A stretch of 32,000 nucleotides of DNA from Candidatus Nanosynbacter lyticus. Lineage in GTDB: Bacteria > Patescibacteriota > Saccharimonadia > Saccharimonadales > Saccharimonadaceae. The translations under genes and the position numbers were made by a program. Position 1 is the first letter of the stretch. Every line of letters begins with the position of its first letter. This document shows, piece after piece, positions 8,002 through 16,440 of the stretch. The notes under the pieces are model-generated. The model ran no database searches. It was not told the origin of the DNA and saw only the letters and a list, made by a program, of their open reading frames with translations. The stretch lies in the NCBI RefSeq assembly GCF_030253515.1, contig NZ_CP124549.1, forward strand, positions 660,001 through 692,000, written 5' to 3'.

Positions 8002-8772
8002 TCACTTTACAGCAATGAGACCGTCCCGTCGCAGACCATCCAGTGCCGCCGCAAATCGTGGATCGTCCTGCAACTCAGCGGTAATTTCAGCGAGCGGCTG
8101 CCCGCCAATATATCGACGCAAAATCTCGCCCCGCATCTGGCGGAGGCTACCGGTGAATTGTGATTGTTTGGTGTAGTGGCGACTGGCGGATAATTTGCCC
8201 TTTCCCTGAGATTTGAGCTCACTACCATAGTCCATCAGCGCCCAAAACCACTGACGCGGATTTGCCTGGTCCATCGTCTGCTCAACAACAGTCAATATGT
8301 CGCGATCCGCAACTGCCGTCTGGCCCGCAAAGAAATGATTGAGATAGACGGTACGAATATTGGTCTCAATGAACGGTGTTGGCACTTGATAAGCATAGTT
8401 CATGATGGCGCCAGCGGTATTGATGCCGATGCCTGGTAACTCAACGAGGTCATCTAGCGTGGCCACCGGGGCACCAGCGACAATGGCTTGTGACGCCCGG
8501 TGAAGATACTGAGCGCGGCGGTTATAGCCCAGCCCCTGCCACGCGCGGAGCACCTCGGTCAGCTCGGCCGCTGCCAGTGACTCAATATCTGGAAATTTCG
8601 CAGTAAACTCTCCGAACTTCGTCAAGACGCGAGCGACCTGGGTTTGCTGCAGCATTAGCTCACTCACCAGCACATAGTACAAGGTCGGCTGATCACGCCA
8701 CGGCATCGGCCGGTACAGTTCGCGGCCTTTTTGGTGGATCAGCGCCTGAAAGCGAGAGTCTTTATCATTCAT
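8002..8772 (-). CDS. HhH-GPD DNA glycosylase, MutY-like but lacking the Fe-S cysteine cluster
   Basis: LVSELMLQQTQV (the catalytic Glu context of MutY), GLGYNRRA, and the HhH motif LPGIGINTAGAIMNYAY are present. The C-terminus carries FTGSLRQMRGEILR. No Cys-x6-Cys-x2-Cys-x5-Cys motif is present anywhere. I prefer the ATG at 8772 (MNDKD), which is preceded by GGGGAG. Confidence 0.8.
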   Translation of the reverse strand: MNDKDSRFQALIHQKGRELYRPMPWRDQPTLYYVLVSELMLQQTQVARVLTKFGEFTAKFPDIESLAAAELTEVLRAWQGLGYNRRAQYLHRASQAIVAGAPVATLDDLVELPGIGINTAGAIMNYAYQVPTPFIETNIRTVYLNHFFAGQTAVADRDILTVVEQTMDQANPRQWFWALMDYGSELKSQGKGKLSASRHYTKQSQFTGSLRQMRGEILRRYIGGQPLAEITAELQDDPRFAAALDGLRRDGLIAVK

Positions 8773-8856
8773 TCTCCCCAGTATACCTAATTTCGAACTA
8801 GTTATCATTGCATAATCGGTCCGAACGACAGCCTGATTGAATTGCTATCCTTACAT

Positions 8857-8900
8857 ACACCAAGTGTATAGCTAGTTTGCTGTGACTATACACTTGATGT
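8857..8900. promoter_or_regulatory. Inverted repeat (15-bp arms, 1 mismatch, 14-nt spacer) abutting a TATAAT box upstream of the alpha/beta hydrolase gene
   Basis: ACACCAAGTGTATAG (8857-8871) pairs with CTATACACTTGATGT (8886-8900). TATAAT at 8900-8905 overlaps the end of the right arm. Confidence 0.35.
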
Positions 8901-8945
8901 ATAATAAGTCTTGTTTATAATAATTTACCTAGCGAAAGGGCAATT

Positions 8946-9887
8946 GTGAGAAAAATATTCAAGGTTTTCGGAATTATCACTATCATTCTTATTATCTGCC
9001 TTGGGATTCTACTGTTAGTCATGCAATATCTCAATCAAAGTATTACCGGAGATGATGGTGTAGCGACTGGCTATGCTGATAAGCTTAGCCCTAGTGGCAA
9101 CCTCGAACAATATTACACCAAGACCGGACCCTACAAAGTAGCGCACTACATTCAAAATAATACCGATGGTTCTAAGGCCTATCGTCTCTATTACCCTGAG
9201 CGCCAGAGTGCTAACCAGACTTTTCCACTGATTGTAGTGGTAAATGGCACGGCAACACCAGCTAGCACCTACACACCAATTCTTGAGCACCTCGCCAGCT
9301 GGGGCTTCGTTGTAATCGGCAATGAGGACGGCTGGGCTGGTACTGGTGCATCGACCGCAGCTATGCTTGATGCTGCTCTGCAGTACAATACAACCCACGA
9401 GAGTCCAGTGCGCGGGCTAATCAACACTAATAAAATTGGGATCGCTGGACATTCGCAAGGTGGCGCAGGAGCGATCAATGCCGCTACTAAGTATAGTAAT
9501 AGCAATAAGTATTCTTCGCTTTACACCGCTAGCGCCGTGAGTCGTGGCACTGCTAATAATAATCAATGGACCTATGACGTCTCACGCCTCAATACAGCGG
9601 TGTTCATGATGGCAGGAACTGGCGCTAGCGATAGTATTGCCATCAGTCCGCTCGATGACTTGAAGCATAATTTTGATGCATTACAAGGGGGCAAGCCAGG
9701 AGTCATTGCACGGCGTAAGTCAGTTGGTCATAAAGATGTGCTAGAATACGGTGATGCATATATGACCGCCTGGTTCCTATGGACACTGGCAGATGATGCC
9801 AAGGCGAAGATGGTCTTTGCTGGTGCCGACGCAGAACTACGCCATAACAGCGACTGGCAGGATGTCCAGGTACGCAATATTGAATAA
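8946..9887 (+). CDS. Membrane-anchored or secreted alpha/beta-fold hydrolase (lipase/cutinase/chlorophyllase-like)
   Basis: GTG start after AAAGGG. The N-terminal hydrophobic helix is FGIITIILIICLGILLLV. FPLIVVVNGT fits the oxyanion region, and the nucleophile elbow is GIAGHSQGGAGA (GxSxG). Confidence 0.8.
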   Translation: MRKIFKVFGIITIILIICLGILLLVMQYLNQSITGDDGVATGYADKLSPSGNLEQYYTKTGPYKVAHYIQNNTDGSKAYRLYYPERQSANQTFPLIVVVNGTATPASTYTPILEHLASWGFVVIGNEDGWAGTGASTAAMLDAALQYNTTHESPVRGLINTNKIGIAGHSQGGAGAINAATKYSNSNKYSSLYTASAVSRGTANNNQWTYDVSRLNTAVFMMAGTGASDSIAISPLDDLKHNFDALQGGKPGVIARRKSVGHKDVLEYGDAYMTAWFLWTLADDAKAKMVFAGADAELRHNSDWQDVQVRNIE

Positions 9888-9923
9888 TTATTCTGTTTAT
9901 CGCACCATGTATGGTACACTGGT

Positions 9924-10463
9924 ATGGCTATGAAAATATTTTTTAGACGATACATTTCAGAATTTGTGTATGGTGCAGTTGACGGCACAGTCACGACCTT
10001 TGCCGTAGTGGCGGCTTCAGCCGGAGCCGGTATTTCCAGCGCGGTTATCCTCATTTTAGGCATTGCAAACCTCATTGCTGATGGATTTTCAATGGGCTCC
10101 AGCGCTTACCTCGCAGCCAGCGCCGAACATGAAGAGTCGGCCCGCGACACCCAAAAACGAGCCTCCCCTAAGATCATTGGCACAGTTACATTTTTGGCCT
10201 TTGTCGCCGTGGGTAGCGTGCCGGTATTACCCTACCTGGTCGACGTGGTCACCAGCTTAAAAACGCCAAACACCAGCCTATTTTATGTCAGCTCCGTACT
10301 AACAGCAGTTGCTTTCCTGACGATTGGCTTCATTAAAGGTAAAGTCGGTAATCAATCATCATGGCGAGAAGCCGCCATCACCCTGCTCCTCGGCGCAGTC
10401 GCCGCTGGACTGGCGTACTTTGCCGGCGATATATTGGCGGCATGGCTGGGTGTTCGGTTATAG
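9924..10463 (+). CDS. VIT1/CCC1-family (Fe/Mn transporter-like) membrane protein, short form
   Basis: YISEFVYGAVDGTVTTFAVVAASAGAG and ILGIANLIADGFSMGSSAYLA are typical VIT-family N-terminal motifs. C-terminal TM helices are present. Confidence 0.75.
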   Translation: MAMKIFFRRYISEFVYGAVDGTVTTFAVVAASAGAGISSAVILILGIANLIADGFSMGSSAYLAASAEHEESARDTQKRASPKIIGTVTFLAFVAVGSVPVLPYLVDVVTSLKTPNTSLFYVSSVLTAVAFLTIGFIKGKVGNQSSWREAAITLLLGAVAAGLAYFAGDILAAWLGVRL

Positions 10464-10592
10464 CCTTCCTGTAGGCCCCTATCTTGCCAGCATTACTATC
10501 CTGCCCAATAAGCTAAAACCATCGTCGTGTAGATGCTACGTACATCAATATCGCTACATCAAACCTAGACCCCAGCGAGCAAGTAGCTTCAC

Positions 10593-11423
10593 TTACCTCG
10601 TCTGTTTTTTAGCTATTTGTTCAAAGACGCCGTCGCCCAAGAGGTACCGTGTGTAGAAGAGAACTCTCGCTAATTTACCAACAAGATACCGACGTCGTGG
10701 GTGCTTACTCTCGATAATTGTCGCCACTTTGTGCGCGACCACGCTAGGCGGTGACATAGTCCTGTATGACTGAGATAGGTTGTGCGATATTGCCTTTGCC
10801 ATACCGCTATAGGCACCGTTTGACGAATAACGAGTAAGCGGCTCTTCAGCTAATTTGTAGAAATTTGTAGCGATCAAGCCAGGCTCAATTACCACAAGCT
10901 TGATGTTGTATTCCTGCAGCTCTAGCCGCAAGCTATCGGAAAACCCCTCAATAGCGTGCTTTGAAGCATGATACCAGGCACCGAGCGGAAAATACACTCT
11001 GCCTCCAACCGATGACATATTAATAATCAAGCCCGAGCCCGCTTCTCTCATACTAGGCAGCACAAGCTGCGTCAGTCTAGCCAGCCCGAATACATTCACC
11101 TCAAACTGCCTGCGGGCCTGTTCAATTGGAATATCCTCTACCGCCCCCAGTAATCCATAGCCGGCATTATTAATAAGTACATCTATTCTTCCCTGCTCAT
11201 CACAAATCTTTTTTGCCGCAGACTCAAGTGATTTTTCATCTTTCATATCACCCGGTATTAGCCGAAGGCCTTTAATTTTTTGAAGCGCCTCACTGTTTCG
11301 AGCAAGTCCGTACACTATGTAACCTTTCTGCAAAAGCAGCTCAGCGGTCGCTCTTCCGATACCGCTGGACGCTCCAGTAATTAACACTACTTTATGATTT
11401 GAATTATACTTTTTTCTACTCAT
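10593..11423 (-). CDS. Short-chain dehydrogenase/reductase (classical SDR)
   Basis: The cofactor motif is VVLITGASSGIGRATA (TGxxxGxG), with NNAG and the catalytic YHASKHA (YxxxK). Confidence 0.9.
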   Translation of the reverse strand: MSRKKYNSNHKVVLITGASSGIGRATAELLLQKGYIVYGLARNSEALQKIKGLRLIPGDMKDEKSLESAAKKICDEQGRIDVLINNAGYGLLGAVEDIPIEQARRQFEVNVFGLARLTQLVLPSMREAGSGLIINMSSVGGRVYFPLGAWYHASKHAIEGFSDSLRLELQEYNIKLVVIEPGLIATNFYKLAEEPLTRYSSNGAYSGMAKAISHNLSQSYRTMSPPSVVAHKVATIIESKHPRRRYLVGKLARVLFYTRYLLGDGVFEQIAKKQTR

Positions 11424-11438
11424 AAATAGTAGTATAAT

Positions 11439-11458
11439 CTATGGAGTATACTCCATAG
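11439..11458. promoter_or_regulatory. Perfect 20-bp palindrome, candidate MerR-family operator in the SDR/MerR divergent intergenic region
   Basis: CTATGGAGTATACTCCATAG is its own reverse complement. It is immediately preceded by TATAAT (11433-11438) and sits 30 nt upstream of the MerR-family ATG. Confidence 0.6.
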
Positions 11459-11487
11459 TCAATAGGCCATAACGAGGGAGGTTTACC

Positions 11488-11856
11488 ATGCTAATTCATC
11501 AACTTTCCGAGAAATCTGGTGTTTCTATCGACACCATTCGTTACTATACAAAAATCGGTATTTTACCGGTAACACAACGTCCCGCTGGAAGCCGCAGTTA
11601 TTCAGACTACGACGAGAGTGCGCTCGAATACCTCACGGAAATACGCCTCGCCAAGTCGGCGGGATTTACACTGATGGAGATTAAGCAATACATCAAGGAA
11701 TGGAATGACGGACAGATTACACCGGATACAGCTATCGATATATTGCGCAAAAAGATTGCGATGGTACGAAAGAAAAAGTCTGAACTTGATGCAATAGAAG
11801 CGATATTAAAAAGTAAGATAACACAGCTACGCCCCCAGCTACATTGCCGTAATTGA
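11488..11856 (+). CDS. MerR-family transcriptional regulator
   Basis: The N-terminal HTH is MLIHQLSEKSGVSIDTIRYYTKIGIL, followed by a C-terminal coiled-coil dimerisation helix. SD GAGGGAGG. It is divergent from the SDR gene. Confidence 0.9.
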   Translation: MLIHQLSEKSGVSIDTIRYYTKIGILPVTQRPAGSRSYSDYDESALEYLTEIRLAKSAGFTLMEIKQYIKEWNDGQITPDTAIDILRKKIAMVRKKKSELDAIEAILKSKITQLRPQLHCRN

Positions 11857-11885
11857 GCACTCTGCTAGCTACTTTTGAGTAGATT

Positions 11886-13664
11886 CTACAGCCCTAATTC
11901 TCGCAATTGTGCTGAATCAACCATTGACGGCGAGTCCATCATCACATCAACGCCCGAGCCGTTCTTTGGAAAGGCCAGGGTTTCGCGAACATTAGTTTCG
12001 TCAATGAGTTCCATGAGGATGCGGTCAACACCAAAGGCACAGCCGGCGTGTGGCGGTGCGCCGTATTTGAAGGCATTTAGCATGGCGCCAAATTTCTCCT
12101 CAACGTAGCTTTCGCTAAAGCCAAGCAGGTCAAATACTTTGTACAGCACTGCTGGGTTGTGGTTGCGCACGCCGCCGGAGCAGATTTCATAGCCGTTCAT
12201 CACCATGTCGAATTGGTCAGCAACGATGGCGAGCTTGTCAGCGTCAGTCGTCGCTGACTCCAGCGCTTGTAATCCGCCCTTTGGCATACCAAATGGATTG
12301 TGTCCAAAATCAAGCTTCTTGCCGTGATCATCCCACTCATAGAATGGAAAATCGATGATCCAGGCAAACGCCACCACGCTCGGGTCTTTCAGGTTGAAAT
12401 GGGCGGCAAATTCGTTTCGCAGGCGACCAAGCACAGCGTTGACGACTGGGCGAGTGTCGGCACCGAAGAAAACTGCGTCGCCATCAACTGCACCAGTTTG
12501 TTGCTGAATTGCCATGAGCTCTGTTTCGCTCAAGAACTTAGCAATTGGTGATTTTGCCTCGCCATCTTGGTAGGTGATGTAGGCTAAGCCGCCTGCCCCT
12601 TCACTTTTGGCGATGTCGGTGAATTGGTCGATTTGCTTGCGGCTGAGACTGGCGCCGTTCTTGACGCAAATCGCCTTGATGCACTCAGCGTTCTTGAACA
12701 CGCCAAATTCGGTGCTGGCAAACACATCAGTCAGCTCAACCAGCTCCATGCCAAAACGCAAATCAGGCTTGTCCGAGCCATACGTCTCCATGGCGTCGCG
12801 GTAGGAAATGCGCGGAATTGGACTGCCATCACCGACAGACAAGTCGCTCAAATCCAGCAATTTCTTGCCCGCAAACTCGGTCGCCAGCTGCTGCATCAGC
12901 GGTTCGACCTCACGGCGAACTTCCTCGCCGTCCTCAACAAAGCTCATCTCCAGATCCAGCTGATAAAATTCGCCGTACAGTCGGTCGGCTCGCGGGTCTT
13001 CATCGCGGAAGCACGCCGCCAACTGATAATACCGCGGCACGCCGCCAACCATCAGTAGCTGCTTGAACTGCTGGGGTGCTTGCGGCAGAGCGTAAAACTT
13101 ATTTTCCTGCAAACGGCTCGGGATCAGGAAATCACGCGCACCCTCGGGGCTGGAATTTGCCAAAATCGGCGTCTGAATCTCGATGAAGTCGCGGTCATCC
13201 ATATACTGATGCATCCGGCGGTACATTTCAGCACGTTTTTTCAGCATCTGTTGCATCGTTGGGCGGCGCAGGTCGAGGTAACGATATTTGAAACGCAAGT
13301 CCTCACCTGCCTGATTTTCTTCGGCAAACGGCTGGATTGGCAAGGTTTCAGCACGGTTGAGAATCTCCAAATTCTCCACCACGATTTCCACATCACCACT
13401 GGCGATATTTGGATTCTTCAAACCTTCGCCGCGCTCCGTCACCACGCCGCTGGCACGAATCACAAACTCATCACGCAAGCTTTCCGCCAAACGAAAGGCC
13501 TCTGCCCTATCAGGATTAATCACCAGTTGCACCAACCCGGTGTGGTCGCGCAGGTCAATAAAAATCAGCCCGCCGTGATCGCGCCGAGAGTGTACCCAGC
13601 CAGCCACGGTAATTATTTCCCCAACATTATCAGGGGTATGTATCGCCAAAACTCTCTTTTTCAT
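11886..13664 (-). CDS. aspS: Aspartate--tRNA ligase (bacterial type with GAD insertion)
   Basis: 592 aa. The OB anticodon-binding N-terminus reads VAGWVHSRRDHGGLIFIDLRD. Class II motifs are present (FRDEDPRADR, GGVRNH, GCAFGVDRI). Confidence 0.95.
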   Translation of the reverse strand: MKKRVLAIHTPDNVGEIITVAGWVHSRRDHGGLIFIDLRDHTGLVQLVINPDRAEAFRLAESLRDEFVIRASGVVTERGEGLKNPNIASGDVEIVVENLEILNRAETLPIQPFAEENQAGEDLRFKYRYLDLRRPTMQQMLKKRAEMYRRMHQYMDDRDFIEIQTPILANSSPEGARDFLIPSRLQENKFYALPQAPQQFKQLLMVGGVPRYYQLAACFRDEDPRADRLYGEFYQLDLEMSFVEDGEEVRREVEPLMQQLATEFAGKKLLDLSDLSVGDGSPIPRISYRDAMETYGSDKPDLRFGMELVELTDVFASTEFGVFKNAECIKAICVKNGASLSRKQIDQFTDIAKSEGAGGLAYITYQDGEAKSPIAKFLSETELMAIQQQTGAVDGDAVFFGADTRPVVNAVLGRLRNEFAAHFNLKDPSVVAFAWIIDFPFYEWDDHGKKLDFGHNPFGMPKGGLQALESATTDADKLAIVADQFDMVMNGYEICSGGVRNHNPAVLYKVFDLLGFSESYVEEKFGAMLNAFKYGAPPHAGCAFGVDRILMELIDETNVRETLAFPKNGSGVDVMMDSPSMVDSAQLRELGL

Positions 13665-13672
13665 ATCTGTTA

Positions 13673-14674
13673 TTATAGCATATTGATGTGTTTTTTCGCC
13701 TTTGGCGTTACCCGGCGGCCGCGCGGTGTGCGTTCGATGAAGCCAATTTGTAGTAAATACGGCTCATAAAAATCCTCAATCGTCGTCGCTTCGTCACCTG
13801 TCAGCGCGGCAATAGTCGTCAGTCCCACTGGATTATCACCATAATTTTCCAGGATTGATTGCAGTAGATTACGATCAGCCGGGTCCAGCCCCAGCTCATC
13901 CACTTCCAGCATCTCCAGGGCACTCGTTGTCGTTTTCACATCAATTATGCCATCGCCATTGACGTCGGCGTAGTCGCGTACGCGTTTGAGCAGGCGGTTA
14001 GCAATGCGCGGCGTCAGGCGGGCCCGCGTCGACAATAAGTTCGCTGCTTCATGCCGAATCGACGACTCCAGGATGGCCGCACTCCGCGTTACGATTTTAG
14101 CGATATCTTCTGGCTCATAAAACTCCAAGCGGTAAATATGTCCAAATCGATCGCGCAGCGGCGCCGCCAAACTACCCGTCCGCGTCGTCGCGCCAATCAC
14201 CGTAAACCGCGGTAAGTCCAGTCGAATCGACCGAGCTGCCGGACCTTTGCCGATAACGATGTCCAGCTTGAAATCTTCCATGGCCGAATATAAAATCTCT
14301 TCCACAGCCCGACCCAGCCGATGAATCTCATCAATGAATAAAATATCGCCGTCCGCCAAATTGGTCAAAATCGATGCCAAATCGCCAGCTTTTTCAATGG
14401 CCGGGCCGCTGGTGATGCGCAAATTCGTCCCCATCTCATTGGCGATCACCGTCGCCATGGTGGTCTTGCCCAGTCCCGGCGGGCCGTACAGCAGCACATG
14501 ATCCAGTGGCTCACCGCGCTTCTTCGCTGCCTCAATTGCCAAGAGTAAATTACGCTTCAATCGCTCCTGGCCAACATATTCACTAAAACTCTGCGGGCGC
14601 AAGCTAACTTCAATCCGCTGCTCTTCCGCATCATCACCGTGCGAACTAGTATCAACTATTCTCTCAATTGCCAT
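13673..14674 (-). CDS. ruvB: Holliday junction branch migration helicase RuvB
   Basis: Walker [15 protein letters not shown], Walker [11 protein letters not shown], sensor motifs and a C-terminal winged helix. 333 aa. Confidence 0.95.
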   Translation of the reverse strand: MAIERIVDTSSHGDDAEEQRIEVSLRPQSFSEYVGQERLKRNLLLAIEAAKKRGEPLDHVLLYGPPGLGKTTMATVIANEMGTNLRITSGPAIEKAGDLASILTNLADGDILFIDEIHRLGRAVEEILYSAMEDFKLDIVIGKGPAARSIRLDLPRFTVIGATTRTGSLAAPLRDRFGHIYRLEFYEPEDIAKIVTRSAAILESSIRHEAANLLSTRARLTPRIANRLLKRVRDYADVNGDGIIDVKTTTSALEMLEVDELGLDPADRNLLQSILENYGDNPVGLTTIAALTGDEATTIEDFYEPYLLQIGFIERTPRGRRVTPKAKKHINML

Positions 14675-14705
14675 ACATTCATTATATCATCCAAGCCGGA
14701 GCGAA

Positions 14706-14891
14706 CTAATCTCTTGTAAGCCGACTACGTAGTGCCTGCATAATTTCGCGAAAGGTCTCATCACTCACCATATGCACCGCGTCCTCTAAATGCCGCGGCC
14801 ACTTTGGATCAGGAAACTCCTCACCAGCAAAGGTAACACCGCCGAGATAGCGCGGGTACACATGCCAGTGCACATGTGTTGCCGGCCAGCT
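14706..14891 (-). pseudogene. 3' remnant of a HIT-family (histidine triad) gene, lacking its N-terminal half and start codon
   Basis: Minus-strand translation gives SWPATHVHWHVYPRYLGGVTFAGEEFPDPKWPRHLEDAVHMVSDETFREIMQALRSRLTRD*. It contains the HxHxHxx histidine triad. The frame is closed by TAA immediately upstream (14892-14894), where the sequence becomes AT-rich. Confidence 0.6.
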
Positions 14892-14981
14892 TTAATTATA
14901 CCACCTAACGAGAAGTGTCTATTCACAATCCGTACCATATTATTGCATAATTATAAATTATATTGTAGAATTGGTACCATT

Positions 14982-16310
14982 ATGAACAGGCGGTGCGCAG
15001 AAGCTACACCCCAGTTTGAGACTGAGGAGACAATAGATCGCCCAAATACATCCAAGCCACCAATGTGGATGAGAGTGGGAGTATGCGTTGTCGGCTGGGC
15101 AATGGGTACAGCCCTGAGTATTGGTACAGGCTGGAAGATTATGCCCACCGGCAGTCCAGATAGTCATCCATCAGCAACCGCCGCAGCGACACCGACTGAA
15201 ACAGCAACAGCACAACAGGCTGAACCTCATCGGCCCTTCACTCTGCCCGATTTCCGGCCAGTTATTATCACCGATCCCTTAACAACGACCGAGCACGTTA
15301 CTGACGTGGGTCAACGTTCACAGGAACAGCTCAAGAAGGCTATTGGAACCCTAGCCACGACCATGAGCGTTCCCGAGAGTAACGTCCTTGAGCCAGTAAC
15401 AATGGTGATGCCCAGTGCGCCGATCGACCCGAAGACGGGTAATCCGTGCTTTTCTGGCAAAGAAATACGGGAAGTTGTCAAAAATGCTCCCTATCTTGAC
15501 AACGCGGTTAGTTACGTTATTTTGCCGCCTCACGCGTGCGAAGGTCAACCGTGGTCCGCCTATGCCTACCATTACAGCAAGCTTATTATCACCACGACAA
15601 GTCCACACACTATTGAGGCTGGTGTCATTATGCATGAAGCTGCGCATACTTTTGGACTTGATCACACGAGAAGACTGAGTGTCAGATATCCAGACTCAGA
15701 TTCAACCCCAAGCTCGGAGTGGCGTAATGTCAAGCCAGAGGATTACGATATTATAGAAGATATAACTAATGGGTATGGTCAATTTCCTAAACTACAAAAT
15801 GGCGACATTGATCCAGCGAGTGGACAAGAGACCGTTACAGGCTACCATTATGGTATTGATTCTTGGTGTACTGAGAAAAATACCTGCTCTCATGTCCTCA
15901 ATTTCGTAGAAAGAAATAGGCTTGATCCAGAAAAATTCCCGATTCGCGATATTGACCCTGCGACGCTACCAGATGATCCCATTAGCCTCACAGTATCCCC
16001 AGAGCCACACAACATTTCTGGTGTCCGCATACCGCTACCAGCCGACCATCCAATTCACCAAATTAAGGGCTGCGAATCAGTTACCCACATTGTTATCGGA
16101 ATTGACCACATATACTATTCACTCATTGATAGCGCGCCAGGCTTTGGTACAACTATTATCGCCGTCAATAAAGACGGTAGCCTGATAGAGATAGATGCAC
16201 CAAAATATGACAAATTATATTATTCTCCATCAACAAAAAACATCCTAGAAAAAGAGCGGTGGAACTATCTATATAACGACAGTGCTACTGGAGTGAGTGT
16301 CGCAGCGTGA
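14982..16310 (+). CDS. Membrane-anchored putative zinc metalloprotease with a metzincin-type HExxHxxGxxH motif
   Basis: HEAAHTFGLDH is encoded at 15633-15665. An N-terminal TM helix (MWMRVGVCVVGWAMGTALSIGTGW) is followed by a Thr/Ala/Pro linker. The start is taken at the ATG at 14982, because the upstream 64 codons of track ORF 14790 are antisense to the HIT remnant. No clear SD is present. Confidence 0.65.
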   Translation: MNRRCAEATPQFETEETIDRPNTSKPPMWMRVGVCVVGWAMGTALSIGTGWKIMPTGSPDSHPSATAAATPTETATAQQAEPHRPFTLPDFRPVIITDPLTTTEHVTDVGQRSQEQLKKAIGTLATTMSVPESNVLEPVTMVMPSAPIDPKTGNPCFSGKEIREVVKNAPYLDNAVSYVILPPHACEGQPWSAYAYHYSKLIITTTSPHTIEAGVIMHEAAHTFGLDHTRRLSVRYPDSDSTPSSEWRNVKPEDYDIIEDITNGYGQFPKLQNGDIDPASGQETVTGYHYGIDSWCTEKNTCSHVLNFVERNRLDPEKFPIRDIDPATLPDDPISLTVSPEPHNISGVRIPLPADHPIHQIKGCESVTHIVIGIDHIYYSLIDSAPGFGTTIIAVNKDGSLIEIDAPKYDKLYYSPSTKNILEKERWNYLYNDSATGVSVAA

Positions 16311-16385
16311 TTAGTCGACGGGAAGACGGAACTTCGCGTACAGCCCTTCGATAGATAGCAAACAGACCACTCGCTGCTGCTCTGC

Positions 16386-16410
16386 TGCAGCATAACTAGC
16401 TGCATTTATT
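16386..16410 (+). terminator. Weak hairpin plus T-rich tract downstream of the metalloprotease gene
   Basis: TGCAGC-ATAACTA-GCTGCA followed by TTTATT. The stem is only 6 bp. Confidence 0.25.
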
Positions 16411-16440
16411 GTCAATGACTGTATCAAAAGCTACCGCTAC

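Noticed and set aside
9888-9923. Possible Mn/Fe-responsive riboswitch upstream of the VIT1-like transporter
   Set aside because: The leader is only 36 nt long, too short for a yybP-ykoY-type element.
10464-10592. 129-nt convergent intergenic region scanned for an sRNA or terminator
   Set aside because: It contains only very short stems (e.g. GTAG-ATG-CTAC) and no stable hairpin with a U-tract on either strand.
12300-13769. Several plus-strand ORFs of 65-229 aa (e.g. 12624-13058, 13080-13769) across the aspS/ruvB region
   Set aside because: They are antisense shadow ORFs inside a well-supported aspS gene. Their translations are low-complexity or Arg/His-rich with no motifs or SD. The same reasoning applies to 577-1497 (inside pilB), 17379-17963 and 18894-19259 (inside the PBP gene), 20152-21846 (inside the LTD gene), 24821-25929 (inside comEC) and 26487-27501.
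14790-14981. The first 64 codons of track ORF 14790-16310 (MPRPLWIRKLL...)
   Set aside because: This stretch is the antisense of the HIT-remnant coding sequence and of an AT-rich junction. The histidine-triad reading on the other strand explains the open frame. The ATG at 14982 or later is the more plausible start.
16311-16440. Possible N-terminal remnant of the HIT gene on the minus strand (e.g. ...GLFAIYRRAVREVPSS...)
   Set aside because: Resemblance to the HIT N-terminal C-x-x-C/GEIP region is too weak and frame-ambiguous to call by eye. It is listed only as something to test by alignment.
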